Virus record (IMG/VR): IMGVR_UViG_2864522212_000004
Coordinates: 72,255 to 136,254 of that record
DNA from: a virus
Taxonomy: Duplodnaviria > Caudoviricetes
Length of the DNA stretch: 64,000 nt
Reading direction: 5' to 3' (one strand)
In this document: positions 48,286 through 57,923 of the stretch, in pieces
How the letters are laid out: each line of letters begins with the position of its first letter
Position numbering within the stretch: position 1 is the first letter of the stretch
Translations under genes and position numbers: made by a program
Notes under the pieces: generated by a model
Seen by the model: only the letters and a program-made list of their open reading frames with translations
What the model was told of the DNA's origin: nothing
The model's database searches: none

Positions 48286-48641
48286 ATCTCCTTCAGACTG
48301 CTTAGATGCTCTGGCTGATTCGAATTGGGGTAGAAAACCTCTCCGGCGATGTTCCGGCTCTGCAATCTCCTGAGGAGTCTTTTCCATCGGACCTGCTGGG
48401 TCCGGTCTTTGACTTGGCCGACCATGAGGAATGGTGCGGCGACCAAGCCGATGAGGATGAACACCACGCCGAATGTGATGCCGATGATCGGGGCGAGCAT
48501 AAGACAGATCAACAGTCCTATAACACCGCCGATGATTGTCGAGAACACGGTCTTGGATCGGGCTTCCGTGCTTTTCGTGATCATGAACGTGTTCTTACGT
48601 TCGATTGATGCGGTGGATGAGACCTCGGTGATGTCATCCAT
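48273..48641 (-). CDS. VirB3/PrgI-like membrane protein
   Basis: 2 TM helices, basic tail, located between pilin-like and VirB6-like genes. Confidence 0.55.
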   Translation of the reverse strand: MDDITEVSSTASIERKNTFMITKSTEARSKTVFSTIIGGVIGLLICLMLAPIIGITFGVVFILIGLVAAPFLMVGQVKDRTQQVRWKRLLRRLQSRNIAGEVFYPNSNQPEHLSSLKEMWIL

Positions 48642-48692
48642 GGTTTCCCTTGGATGCAATTGTCTTTGCTCGCCCATGAATATGTTCCCCGA

Positions 48693-49040
48693 TCAGATTC
48701 CGAGGTAGTCTTTGCCCTGGCTGCCCACGGCGTTGACGATCCAGTCAAGAGCTGTCAGCAATGCCGGGATGGTTATGGTCGGGCCAGCGAAGATGAAGAT
48801 GACGGCGAGAACGACGATGACTCGTGTGACGCTTGGACAGAACATGGAGACCAGCTGGTTGCTTCGCCCCATCGCCTTGCTGATTCCTCCCAGGATAAGC
48901 CCCAAGGCCAAGATCACTGCGGCAGCGGCGCCCACCTTGGTGATGAGCTGTCCGGCGGTCGAGTTGAGGATGCCGTCGAACATGGCGTGATAGCTTCCGA
49001 CAAGATTGCTGGAAGCGGCGATTTCTATGGTGTTGCCCAT
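48693..49040 (-). CDS. VirB2/pilin-like membrane protein
   Basis: About 115 aa, two hydrophobic helices, first gene of the unit. Confidence 0.5.
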   Translation of the reverse strand: MGNTIEIAASSNLVGSYHAMFDGILNSTAGQLITKVGAAAAVILALGLILGGISKAMGRSNQLVSMFCPSVTRVIVVLAVIFIFAGPTITIPALLTALDWIVNAVGSQGKDYLGI

Positions 49041-49237
49041 TATTGGATTCCCTTCGAATTTGGTTTGAAGGAACCCTCCTGCGTTTCCCGAGTGTATCAA
49101 CGGAATCGGTTGATAACGATAGGTTTTCGGTTTTTAACAAAGTTTCTTGCATTCTCAGACAACACGGGGAACACAGATTAAGAAAAACCCATCCGGCATC
49201 AATGGAAGCCGGATGGGTTGGCATGTTTTTTTCGGTC

Positions 49238-51853
49238 CTACTTGTCGCCGGGGCGATAACCGTCGTCGAAGTCTTTCACGCTCACGATGAACGCCGGCTG
49301 GATCTGTTCCATGTTTCTGGTTCTTACAGCGGCATGGTATTTGGGGAGGTTCGTCACCGCTCCTCCAGTCCACCCATCCAATCCCTCATTGTCGGTCAGA
49401 CGTGCCGCGGTCAGCGTGGCTATGCGCGGAATCGACGTGTTGTAGCTGATGAACGTCGTGTACCCCAGGAACGAATCCAACAACGTGTCGGACAACTGGG
49501 TCGGGTATTGGGTGGCGAACACGAGAATCAATCCGAACGAACGCCCCTGCTCCCTCAGATTCTTCAACACGTCGTCCGACCCGTTCGCCAGCAGGCTCAG
49601 CTCGTCGCAGACGAGCATCGTGTGTTTGCCAAGCGTTAACCAGTCCTTGCAGTGTGCGAACACCGTGTTCCAGAACCGGTACATGAGCCACGAGCCCAGA
49701 ATCTTGTCCATGAGTTCGGGAAGCGAGTGGCCATTGTGCGGGGCGAGCACGATGTGATAGTCGCCCGGGTGATCCAATATCCACTTCCATGTGACGGTGC
49801 TGCGTCGCGGTGTGAACATGTGTTCGATGGCGAGGAACTGGTTGACCTTGTTCACCGAGGCGTTGGTACGCTGCAGTATTTCACGATCGCTTCGCGCCGC
49901 CTGCCCCTTCTGATCCGGTCGTCCGTACAGTTGTTCTGCGGCACGCGCGGCCAACGTCATGTCTATTCCGAGAGGATCGTCCTTCAACTCCAATGCGAGA
50001 GCCCTGCATACCTGTCCAAGCGCTCTGGCTGATCCGGTTTGACCATCCGACCCACACAATGCGACCACGGCCCAGCCGATAGGTGACTGCTGTTGCCTGA
50101 GTTGACCGGCCCCGGGATACTGTTGCTCGAGTTGTCTGCATCTTCTTAGGATGTCCCCCGGCTTGTGTTGGTCGTATCGGCTTGCGGCCACGCCGATGGT
50201 CATGGATTGGGTGATGATGTTTTGGGAGTCGTTCTGAATGTCGCCGGCATTGAATGCGTATCTCATGGTTTTGGCGACGCTTTCCGCCGTCTCCTGGGCG
50301 TTCCTTCCCTCCTGCATTCCGAGCAAATCGAGACCGATGCTGGAAGGATCAGTGAGATATATGACACGTGGATGGGAGTCAATCCCCTGCGTTTGCCGAT
50401 ACCGGTCCAGCACTTCCACTCCGGTGTCGTCCTTCATCCAGAAGTGGATGAGTCGTGAATCCGTTCCCCACACGTCACGGCTGGTATCGTTGCGATGGCT
50501 GATGGCCCATTGGCTGATGCCGTGGGTCAGAACGGTTTTTCCTGATCCGGCTTCACCGCTGATTGCGATTCCGCCATAGAGCTGTGTCGGATCCAAGTAT
50601 CCGGGACGTCCGGAATCGTCCAATCCGATCAGGACGCCTCCATGGGACAATGGTTCGGGCACCGGGTGAAGGTCCTGTTTCACCGCCGTGGATTTCTGCA
50701 CCGGCATGAACAGTGTGGTCGTGGTCATTGGGCTGAAGACCAAAGTGGTGCGTTGCGGGCCATATCCCGTCGCATACACTCGTTTGTCTTTCATGCCGAG
50801 TTTTGTTTCGGTGTCACTGAGATTCGCCTTGCGTTTGCGGCGAAGCCACCAGTATCGGCGTGGGCGTTGGAGAATATCATCCCATAGAGTGTTCCTCCAC
50901 CATCTGATTCCAGCTGCAACGGTGAAGGCAAGAGGAATGATCCACAACCATGACGGTATCGGCAACAGCATCAAAGAGCAGTACGCCAACAGTCCAAGAC
51001 ATGCGAATTTGTAGTGCGGCGGTACTCGGAAGTACATTCGAGTGCTGTTGTCGTCGTTCAGCATGGCTTTCGCGTTTGCGGAGAGTAGTCCACTCAAAAC
51101 CCAAGGCACCAGCAGCATCGCCGCTACCGTTCCCGCCAGCCAGAAGAATGTGGCAAGACGAATCGGAGTGATGACGGACAATACCATCGTCAACAGGGTG
51201 ACAGCCAAGGTCACGATGAGTCCGCCCAACTTTGGGTAGCTGGGATGACTGCTCATGTTGGAGAGCAGCGGGAACATGGCCTGTCCAGCCCGTTGTGCGA
51301 GTTCTGCGTTCCGGCGGCTGTCGGCGCATGCTGCGGTGACTCGCGCGCAGAGCGTGTGTGCTGCGACAAATTCGTTGCCGTCCTCGACGGTGGAATGCTC
51401 GTCGGCAACCCAATCTCGAATTCGGGCCTGTTCGAAATATCCTTGCCTGCGGAGCGTTACGCTGACATAACTGTCTGCCGGCATCAATGCTTCGACGCTT
51501 TTCCGAATGCCGGCGGAATCGGTGCGCATCTTCTCCATCGTCGCCTTTGAATTCAAGCGGGCCCGCCATGGCACAAGAGAGTGAGCTGATCTGCTGATTC
51601 CTTCCGGCAGTTCGGGTTCGCCGTTCCCTGGCAGTGGGCTGATGGAAAAGCCGGCGAGATCACCCGCCTTGCGTATGCCTTCGCCATCGCCATGCACATA
51701 TTCACGGACCGGCTCGTTTCCCACTCTGACGAGCAGCAGCGTGCAGTCCTCCAGATTTCCTGGGACATCATCCGCGATGGATCTCAACTGGTCGCCATCG
51801 AGTTGGCTGATGCTGCGAGTCACCTCGTACCATGCTTTTTCTTTTTCGCTCAT
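49238..51853 (-). CDS. Type IV coupling protein (VirD4/TraD-like ATPase)
   Basis: TM segments, Walker A GEAGSGKT, Walker B LVCDE, REQGRSFG..ATQYPTQL. Confidence 0.85.
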   Translation of the reverse strand: MSEKEKAWYEVTRSISQLDGDQLRSIADDVPGNLEDCTLLLVRVGNEPVREYVHGDGEGIRKAGDLAGFSISPLPGNGEPELPEGISRSAHSLVPWRARLNSKATMEKMRTDSAGIRKSVEALMPADSYVSVTLRRQGYFEQARIRDWVADEHSTVEDGNEFVAAHTLCARVTAACADSRRNAELAQRAGQAMFPLLSNMSSHPSYPKLGGLIVTLAVTLLTMVLSVITPIRLATFFWLAGTVAAMLLVPWVLSGLLSANAKAMLNDDNSTRMYFRVPPHYKFACLGLLAYCSLMLLPIPSWLWIIPLAFTVAAGIRWWRNTLWDDILQRPRRYWWLRRKRKANLSDTETKLGMKDKRVYATGYGPQRTTLVFSPMTTTTLFMPVQKSTAVKQDLHPVPEPLSHGGVLIGLDDSGRPGYLDPTQLYGGIAISGEAGSGKTVLTHGISQWAISHRNDTSRDVWGTDSRLIHFWMKDDTGVEVLDRYRQTQGIDSHPRVIYLTDPSSIGLDLLGMQEGRNAQETAESVAKTMRYAFNAGDIQNDSQNIITQSMTIGVAASRYDQHKPGDILRRCRQLEQQYPGAGQLRQQQSPIGWAVVALCGSDGQTGSARALGQVCRALALELKDDPLGIDMTLAARAAEQLYGRPDQKGQAARSDREILQRTNASVNKVNQFLAIEHMFTPRRSTVTWKWILDHPGDYHIVLAPHNGHSLPELMDKILGSWLMYRFWNTVFAHCKDWLTLGKHTMLVCDELSLLANGSDDVLKNLREQGRSFGLILVFATQYPTQLSDTLLDSFLGYTTFISYNTSIPRIATLTAARLTDNEGLDGWTGGAVTNLPKYHAAVRTRNMEQIQPAFIVSVKDFDDGYRPGDK

Positions 51854-51869
51854 ATCCGATGCCCTCCTG

Positions 51870-52325
51870 TCAATTCGATTGTTCTGCGGTTGCCGGTTCG
51901 GTGGAGTAGAGCATGGCCAAGGGGAATCCTTCCGGCAAGTCGAACTTGGTCAGCTTCTCTCTTTCCAACAGTTGATATAGCCATGTGGTCATGCGGACCG
52001 TCGCATCCTTGTCTGCCAACGCCCATCCCAAATCCGCATACCCGTCCTTGACGGTGCTCTGGTCGCCGATGGTTTCCCTCATCCGTCGTATGGTCTTCAC
52101 CGCAATGTATTTGGAAACGTCGAACATGATCGCATCCAATTGCCAGAGTCGTATTTTTTTCAAAGCCGGATTGCGTTGCAGGTTGACCATGAGGAACGGG
52201 ACCACCAGCGAACGGCGTCCTGTTTCGCAAAGCGTCCGTATCTTCTGCAATGCACGGTAGCGTTCGGTCTTGGCTTCCTCCAAACGCTGCTGGTTGGTTG
52301 CGAAATTTTCAGGAAGAGAGTTCAA
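51870..52325 (-). CDS. Hypothetical protein (possible relaxosome accessory)
   Basis: RBS ggagg + TTG; lies between the putative relaxase and the coupling protein. Confidence 0.6.
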   Translation of the reverse strand: MNSLPENFATNQQRLEEAKTERYRALQKIRTLCETGRRSLVVPFLMVNLQRNPALKKIRLWQLDAIMFDVSKYIAVKTIRRMRETIGDQSTVKDGYADLGWALADKDATVRMTTWLYQLLEREKLTKFDLPEGFPLAMLYSTEPATAEQSN

Positions 52326-53511
52326 CGCTTTCACCTCCGATATACCCGTAGAATCCTCCCCGGTATGCTTCCGGCTTCCGCCATCCACTGACATCCCAGC
52401 CCCATTGGTGTCTGATTGTTTCATCCATGACCGTCCATCCCCAGTCACGGATTGTCGTCACAGGTTTTGTTGATGGGGTGCATCGGCTCCAGTCCGGTGA
52501 GAACATGCTGCGTTCGACGTTCAGCATGTCCCGGTATGTTCCGATCCCGCCGGTCGGGTTGCCTTGCTCGTCGAACCAGTCGTCCCATAACGCGAATCCC
52601 ATACGCGACGCCACGGATGGGTCGCCGACCAACATCTCGTCGGCATGGCTTGCCGTTTCGATGATGCTGCCCAATGCCGGGTACTGCCATTGGCTGGTGT
52701 CGCGTATGAGCAACCAGATACAGATGAGTCCACGTCGTTGCATCGGCGAGTAGGCGAGCAGCTTCGACCAATTGGAGATTTTCTGGCTCATGTTATTTGG
52801 GTGGACCTGCACTTCGATTCCCGCAAGCACGTTGTTCGATGCGAGTGCGGTGATGTCCGTCGAACAGCTGTGAGGCAGTCCGGCTTCGCTGACCGCCTGC
52901 GGGTCGATGAGCCGGAACGCTCCCCAACCGTCGCCGCCGACGAGTTTGATGTCCGGATTGACACCGAGATGCAGTCCGACGTGCGCCGCATACGTATTGT
53001 GGCGCACGTGGCGTCTCATTCCGATCAACTGCTTGTCCGAAAGCATTCTACGAAGCCAAGTTGCTGAATTAAACAGGCCGAGCGTGTTTCGGATGAGTTT
53101 CTTGTCGGAGCTCAACGACAACCAGGTTTGCGGGATTATCTGCCCGGAAAATCTTTCGTAAGGACTGAAGCCGATGTCGATGACTCCCAGCCGACACAAC
53201 GCGCCGTACAGGTTCGGTTCGTCGCGATGGAATTCGGGAGCTCCTTTCACGGAGAGTCCCGCCCGAAGCTGGTCGACGGTGCATGTCCTCCATGAAAGCA
53301 ATGCGCCGATGATGCTCGTAACCAATTCACTGTTTGCCTTGACCATGCTTTCCGCGAACAATCGGTTCGGGACGATCCACTGATGACGTTGCGCCAACAC
53401 TCCGGGGTGTTCGTTGTTCGCCACGTCGCTTCCGCGAATCCAATCGGCGTCGCTACCCATCGGCCATAGAGCACGGTCATCGGGATTCGGTGTGAGTGAG
53501 AGATCAACCAC
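52309..53511 (-). CDS. Putative replication-relaxation (MOBL-like) relaxase
   Basis: N-terminal wHTH (CTVDQL), HVRHNTYAAH, D..GIEVQ nuclease-like motif; upstream of the coupling protein. Confidence 0.55.
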   Translation of the reverse strand: MVDLSLTPNPDDRALWPMGSDADWIRGSDVANNEHPGVLAQRHQWIVPNRLFAESMVKANSELVTSIIGALLSWRTCTVDQLRAGLSVKGAPEFHRDEPNLYGALCRLGVIDIGFSPYERFSGQIIPQTWLSLSSDKKLIRNTLGLFNSATWLRRMLSDKQLIGMRRHVRHNTYAAHVGLHLGVNPDIKLVGGDGWGAFRLIDPQAVSEAGLPHSCSTDITALASNNVLAGIEVQVHPNNMSQKISNWSKLLAYSPMQRRGLICIWLLIRDTSQWQYPALGSIIETASHADEMLVGDPSVASRMGFALWDDWFDEQGNPTGGIGTYRDMLNVERSMFSPDWSRCTPSTKPVTTIRDWGWTVMDETIRHQWGWDVSGWRKPEAYRGGFYGYIGGESVELSS

Positions 53512-54661
53512 GATGGAACCACCCTTTTTTCTTTTTCACTTCGAACTTGGCCGGTTCGAATCCTTTATCGGGCAGAACCCATTCAAGGGTCTGCTCTCTC
53601 GCCAAGTCCAGATTCGAGTCAGCCCAATTCGATTTACCGGATGCGATCAGATTGCCGGCCTCGACCGTCTGGTACTCGACTCCGAGAAAAATCCCGTATC
53701 TTGAATAATCAAGTGGCCGGTAGTCTGTCATTCCGACCGGGACCGTGTCTTTTATTCCGATACATTCTCGGGGCAAACCGTAACGGGGAAACGCGCTGAG
53801 CAGATTCAACGCATCTCCTTGCGTTTGCACGCCGGCTTTGACGATGACCAGGCAAAGGTCGCCGGCGAGAACGTAGGGGACGACCATTCCTCCGGCGGCT
53901 GTGGTGCTGTCCTGCAGATCATCTGCGCTGATACGGTCGAGATCCAAGACGACGAAGTCCCAGAGCTTGCGTGCTTCCTCGATGTATGCGCGGTAGTGGT
54001 CCCACGACACCATCGCACCGGCCGGTGGAGCGAACGAAACATCGTAACCGATGTTGAACATTCGTCCCGAATTGGCGCCGTATTGTGCCGCCATGCCGGG
54101 ACGCCAGTCGGCTATGGTGCGCGCCGGCATACGCTGCCCAGGGTCGAAGAAGGAACGTTGCGATGACTGTCTCATGTTGCCGTCGATAAGGAGGGGGCGT
54201 AGTCCTTTTTCTCTTGCCCGCTCGCATAATCTGCGTGAGGAAACCGTCTTTCCCACGCCTCCAGTGTTCGATGTGACAATGATCATGGGTGCCGTCTGGC
54301 GGGTCCTGTTCAGGATGATATCGCCTACCAGACGCTTGTCGATTGTCTGTATCCGCCAGAACTCGTGGACGAAATCCGTGATGCTTCGGTCCATGAAATA
54401 TTCGGGGAGGGCCTGCGCTCCGATGGGTATCTGTCCGCGGTCGATCCAGTAGATTGTCCAGCCTGCATCGGCGACCGGCATCCAGTTTCCCGGGAGGTTC
54501 GTGAACACGATTCCCTGACGGCCTGGACGCACCGGGTGCCTTGTCAGGAAGTCTGCCTGGGCTGCGAAATCCTCTCCTGCGGGCACCCTCCAACGCTGTT
54601 CGGGGACCTTGGATCGCAGCACGTCGAGGATGCCTCCATGTCCGATTATCAGACTTGCCAT
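53504..54661 (-). CDS. MinD/ParA/CpaE-like ATPase
   Basis: SNTGGVGKT, LIDGN, FVVLDLD; C-terminal KKKKGWF. Confidence 0.75.
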   Translation of the reverse strand: MASLIIGHGGILDVLRSKVPEQRWRVPAGEDFAAQADFLTRHPVRPGRQGIVFTNLPGNWMPVADAGWTIYWIDRGQIPIGAQALPEYFMDRSITDFVHEFWRIQTIDKRLVGDIILNRTRQTAPMIIVTSNTGGVGKTVSSRRLCERAREKGLRPLLIDGNMRQSSQRSFFDPGQRMPARTIADWRPGMAAQYGANSGRMFNIGYDVSFAPPAGAMVSWDHYRAYIEEARKLWDFVVLDLDRISADDLQDSTTAAGGMVVPYVLAGDLCLVIVKAGVQTQGDALNLLSAFPRYGLPRECIGIKDTVPVGMTDYRPLDYSRYGIFLGVEYQTVEAGNLIASGKSNWADSNLDLAREQTLEWVLPDKGFEPAKFEVKKKKGWFHRG

Positions 54662-54739
54662 CTTTTCTCCAAGTTCCTTTGAACTGTTTTTTGCTTGTTC
54701 CGGGGGTTTGCTCCGGAAAGAGACCATTTTTGACGAAAC

Positions 54740-55230
54740 AACACTGATTTAGTTTTATTGACTGTTTTTTGTTTTTTGTTGCTTGTTCGTCAATCGTCCT
54801 GTTTGTTCATTTCTTGATATTACGTCATATCTTGTTATGTGCCGAATATTTGTTGAAATTAACCATTCAGGATGATGACTTTGCTGATGTATGGGTTGTT
54901 GCGGTTCGTTGCTTTGTTGCGTTTTCGTTCCGTAGGTTCGTTGCTTTGTTGGCAATGTTGCGGTTCGTTGCTCTGGTTTTACCCTGCTGTGATGTGGTAA
55001 TGGTGTCTTGGTGTTTGTGTGATGTGTTGCGGGTTGGCTTCTTTCTCTTGTTCTCGGATTGTCTTTTTCTTATTTTTTCTTCTCTTCTTTTTTTCTGACT
55101 TTTCTTGGTTGCCTGTCTGCTCTTTTGTTTTTGTCCGTGATTTTTCTGGTCCGCTAGTTTGCATGAGAAACGGCGGCCGCGCGACGCCGCGCCGAAGTCA
55201 AAACGGTTAATTTCAATATTTTTTCGGTTA
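54740..55230. other. AT-rich, strongly T-skewed noncoding region with direct repeats; candidate oriT or oriV
   Basis: GGTTCGTTGCTYTG at 54903, 54935 and 54962; long pyrimidine tract about 55035-55150; lies between divergent genes. Confidence 0.55.
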
Positions 55231-55304
55231 TTCGTTGTTTGCTCGGATACAGTCGTTGAAGACGGTTCACTCGAACGGTCCTGCCTTGACGAAGGGAGTT
55301 AACG

Positions 55305-55973
55305 ATGGCAGATTTTCCATGGAACAACAATTTCGGCACCCCGACCCCAGCCCCGGCGCCGGTCGACGATTCCAAGCCGGTGAACGAAGCCGGGCAAGCG
55401 GACGATTCTGAGAACTGGTCGGCATCGGGCGAGGATTCTCAGCCTGACGTCCAGCCGGAAGAGACGGATTCCGTCGATGAGACAACGCCCGACCGTGAGG
55501 AAGAAACCTCCGTCAAGGGTGCCAAGACCACGCGGCGCAAGACCGCGAAGAAAAACTCGTCCTTCCCTCATTTGGAAGCCGCCTCGTACGCGAAGATCAA
55601 GGACATGCTCGACGTTCTTTCCGATGACCGTACCGCGAACATCGCCAAGATTCTGTGCGAGACCAGCAAGACCGACGCTCCGGTTCTGCTTGAGGTGTTG
55701 ACGGAAACCAAGACGCGGAAGCGGGTCGCCGAATTCTCCAAGTTCGTCAAGGAACTGGCTGGCGCTCAACCGTCCGACCTGAAGATGAGGCTTGCTTTCG
55801 CGTTCATGGAAGACAAGACTCTGTCCAAGACTCTGTTCGCTGTTTTGAATGCCGCCGAACCGGATCGTGGTTTCGGCCGCGCGTCCGGTGAGCCGATGAA
55901 GGATGTCAATGCGGTGGCTGAACACTGGGGTGACGGCGTTGATCTCAGTGTGGTTGAGAAGCTGAAAATCTGA
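55305..55973 (+). CDS. Hypothetical protein (acidic N-terminus, helical C-terminus)
   Basis: RBS aagggag; terminator downstream. Confidence 0.8.
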   Translation: MADFPWNNNFGTPTPAPAPVDDSKPVNEAGQADDSENWSASGEDSQPDVQPEETDSVDETTPDREEETSVKGAKTTRRKTAKKNSSFPHLEAASYAKIKDMLDVLSDDRTANIAKILCETSKTDAPVLLEVLTETKTRKRVAEFSKFVKELAGAQPSDLKMRLAFAFMEDKTLSKTLFAVLNAAEPDRGFGRASGEPMKDVNAVAEHWGDGVDLSVVEKLKI

Positions 55974-55996
55974 CGGCCGGCATCTCGGGATGCTTG

Positions 55997-56038
55997 AACG
56001 GTTGGATACGAACATGGATCCGTATCCAACCGTTTTTT
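55997..56038. terminator. Terminator between convergent genes
   Basis: aacggttggatacg..cgtatccaaccgtttttt. Confidence 0.8.
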
Positions 56039-56039
56039 A

Positions 56040-56873
56040 TTATTCCGCGATGAGCTGCACACGGTTCTCCGCCTTTGGCGGCATCCCGTATGGTCTGATC
56101 ACGAGGCCCGCCCTCGTCAACGAGAATACCCAGATTTTCTGAATCTGGTTGAGCTTTGTGAGGCTGACGGTGAGGTGCTTGGTGGACACCGTCTCCGTGC
56201 TCGTACCGGGGACGATCTTGTATAGATTATTTCGACTGATATACAGTTCCTTCTGCTCCGGACAGTAGAGCGTCGCGAACACCAGCAGATCCAAGGACAG
56301 GCTTCCGCCACTGGTTCCGACGACGGCGGAAAGAGGAATCTCCTTCGGTTCGCGCGACATCAATCGGACGTATTCCCAAGTGAAGGTAATGGTTTTTTCG
56401 TTCCAGCTTTCGCCTTGGACGATGTTCGTCTCTTCGATCGGTTTTATTTCTTTGCCGTCCCTTGAAGTGAACGTGATGTCCTGATAGCCGATGATGCTGG
56501 TGACCGTATTCTGTCGGCCGCAGCCTCCCGTCAGCATGCCCATTCTGCGGGCCACTTGCCGTACGTCCTTGCCGATGGTCAGCGTCCTGGTCTTGCCGTT
56601 GTAATCCGCGTTTTGTGTGTTCACGAATGTCGTGAACAGGATGCTTAGGAGTCGAGGCGTCCTGCCGAATGCGAGCGGATGTTCGTTGCCGCGCACGTAT
56701 GGGATGAGCGGGTATGCCTCTTCCGCGACGTAAAGAATTCCGAATCCTGTGGCTATGCCGTTGTCCATCCCGACGCTTCTCAGCCTGTGTATTTTGTTGA
56801 GCATCCCGACTCTTCCCCTGTTTTTGCTTTTTCGGTTGATACCAACAATTTTACGGTTTTTCATACGCGACAT
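56040..56873 (-). CDS. repA: Plasmid replication initiator, RepA_C (IncW-like) family
   Basis: LAFGRTPRLL, LTIG..RRMGMLTGG, SLSLDL motifs; start may be 56804. Confidence 0.7.
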   Translation of the reverse strand: MSRMKNRKIVGINRKSKNRGRVGMLNKIHRLRSVGMDNGIATGFGILYVAEEAYPLIPYVRGNEHPLAFGRTPRLLSILFTTFVNTQNADYNGKTRTLTIGKDVRQVARRMGMLTGGCGRQNTVTSIIGYQDITFTSRDGKEIKPIEETNIVQGESWNEKTITFTWEYVRLMSREPKEIPLSAVVGTSGGSLSLDLLVFATLYCPEQKELYISRNNLYKIVPGTSTETVSTKHLTVSLTKLNQIQKIWVFSLTRAGLVIRPYGMPPKAENRVQLIAE

Positions 56874-57259
56874 GCCAACATACCCAGTAAGGCAGATGCT
56901 TGTTTTACACCGTCGAACCGAAGACCTACTGGCCTTTCTTCCTGGGACTGAGGTTCAGACACTGCAGCCGGTAATGAATTCTGCAGGACACCAGTTTCGG
57001 GTCGAGTTTCCCATACGCATTCCGGGCCATGTCGATATACAGTCGACACCCCGGATCCGACAAAGCGAAATCACCGACACTCCAACCCAATGGTTCCTCC
57101 TCGTGAGACTTATGCCTCGCCATCAGAAAAAACAACCTCCGATTCACACCGATTCGCATCCGGATTCGACGGCCGACGCGCCGTCCAAGTTGGTCAAAAA
57201 AAGGCGGGCATGCTGGAGGCGTTGGGGTCGTCACTCGGCATGCCCGCCGGTCGTGGTTC

Positions 57260-57658
57260 TTATTTGTTCCACTGCGGGCCGTTCGGGAATGAGATGGGCG
57301 AGCCGCCCCACATCTGCCTGTCTGAATTGATCATCGCTTCGGTGTATCCGCCGTCCATGAGACTCTGGGTCCTGAGGTCGAGGTCGGGCCTATAGTGCTT
57401 GGTGGCTGGCGGTATCATGCCCATCATGTCCCCGCTGTTGAATCGGAGGACTTCCTTGTCGGCTTCCTCGCCGGCGATCAGCACGTCGATGTTGTTGAGC
57501 AATGTCATCGCGCTTTTCGTGTACGGGATGTCCCCTCTTCCGATGCTTCCTGTGAAGGTGATTTTGCATTCCCGGAGAAATTTGATGTGTTCCAAGAGGT
57601 TTGGTGGTGTCGCTTCGACGAGGTGCGATCCGATGTTCGGTTCTGCCGTGAAGGTCAT
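57260..57658 (-). CDS. Hypothetical protein
   Basis: RBS aggag. Confidence 0.7.
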   Translation of the reverse strand: MTFTAEPNIGSHLVEATPPNLLEHIKFLRECKITFTGSIGRGDIPYTKSAMTLLNNIDVLIAGEEADKEVLRFNSGDMMGMIPPATKHYRPDLDLRTQSLMDGGYTEAMINSDRQMWGGSPISFPNGPQWNK

Positions 57659-57923
57659 GTTGGCTCCTGTTTTTTTTGATATCAACCGATTACGTTTTGT
57701 CGTTTTGGGGGAACCGCAATCGCCGTCTTCGGCATCGCTTGTGGTGGCCCTGAGGTAATTGCGTTGGGGGTTCCGCTGTTTTCTCGGTGTGTATCTTTTG
57801 TTTTTTTATGTGGACGCGTTCAGCATATCGCGACACTCCGAAGATTCACCCCCTCCCCTTAATTCTCTTTTACTTGTTATACTGAATACGTCCACATAAA
57901 TCGAAAGAAAACAACGACAACCA

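Noticed and set aside
54755-55210. Short ORFs in the T-rich region
   Set aside because: Low-complexity Phe/Leu or Lys/Gln translations without an RBS; compositional artefacts.
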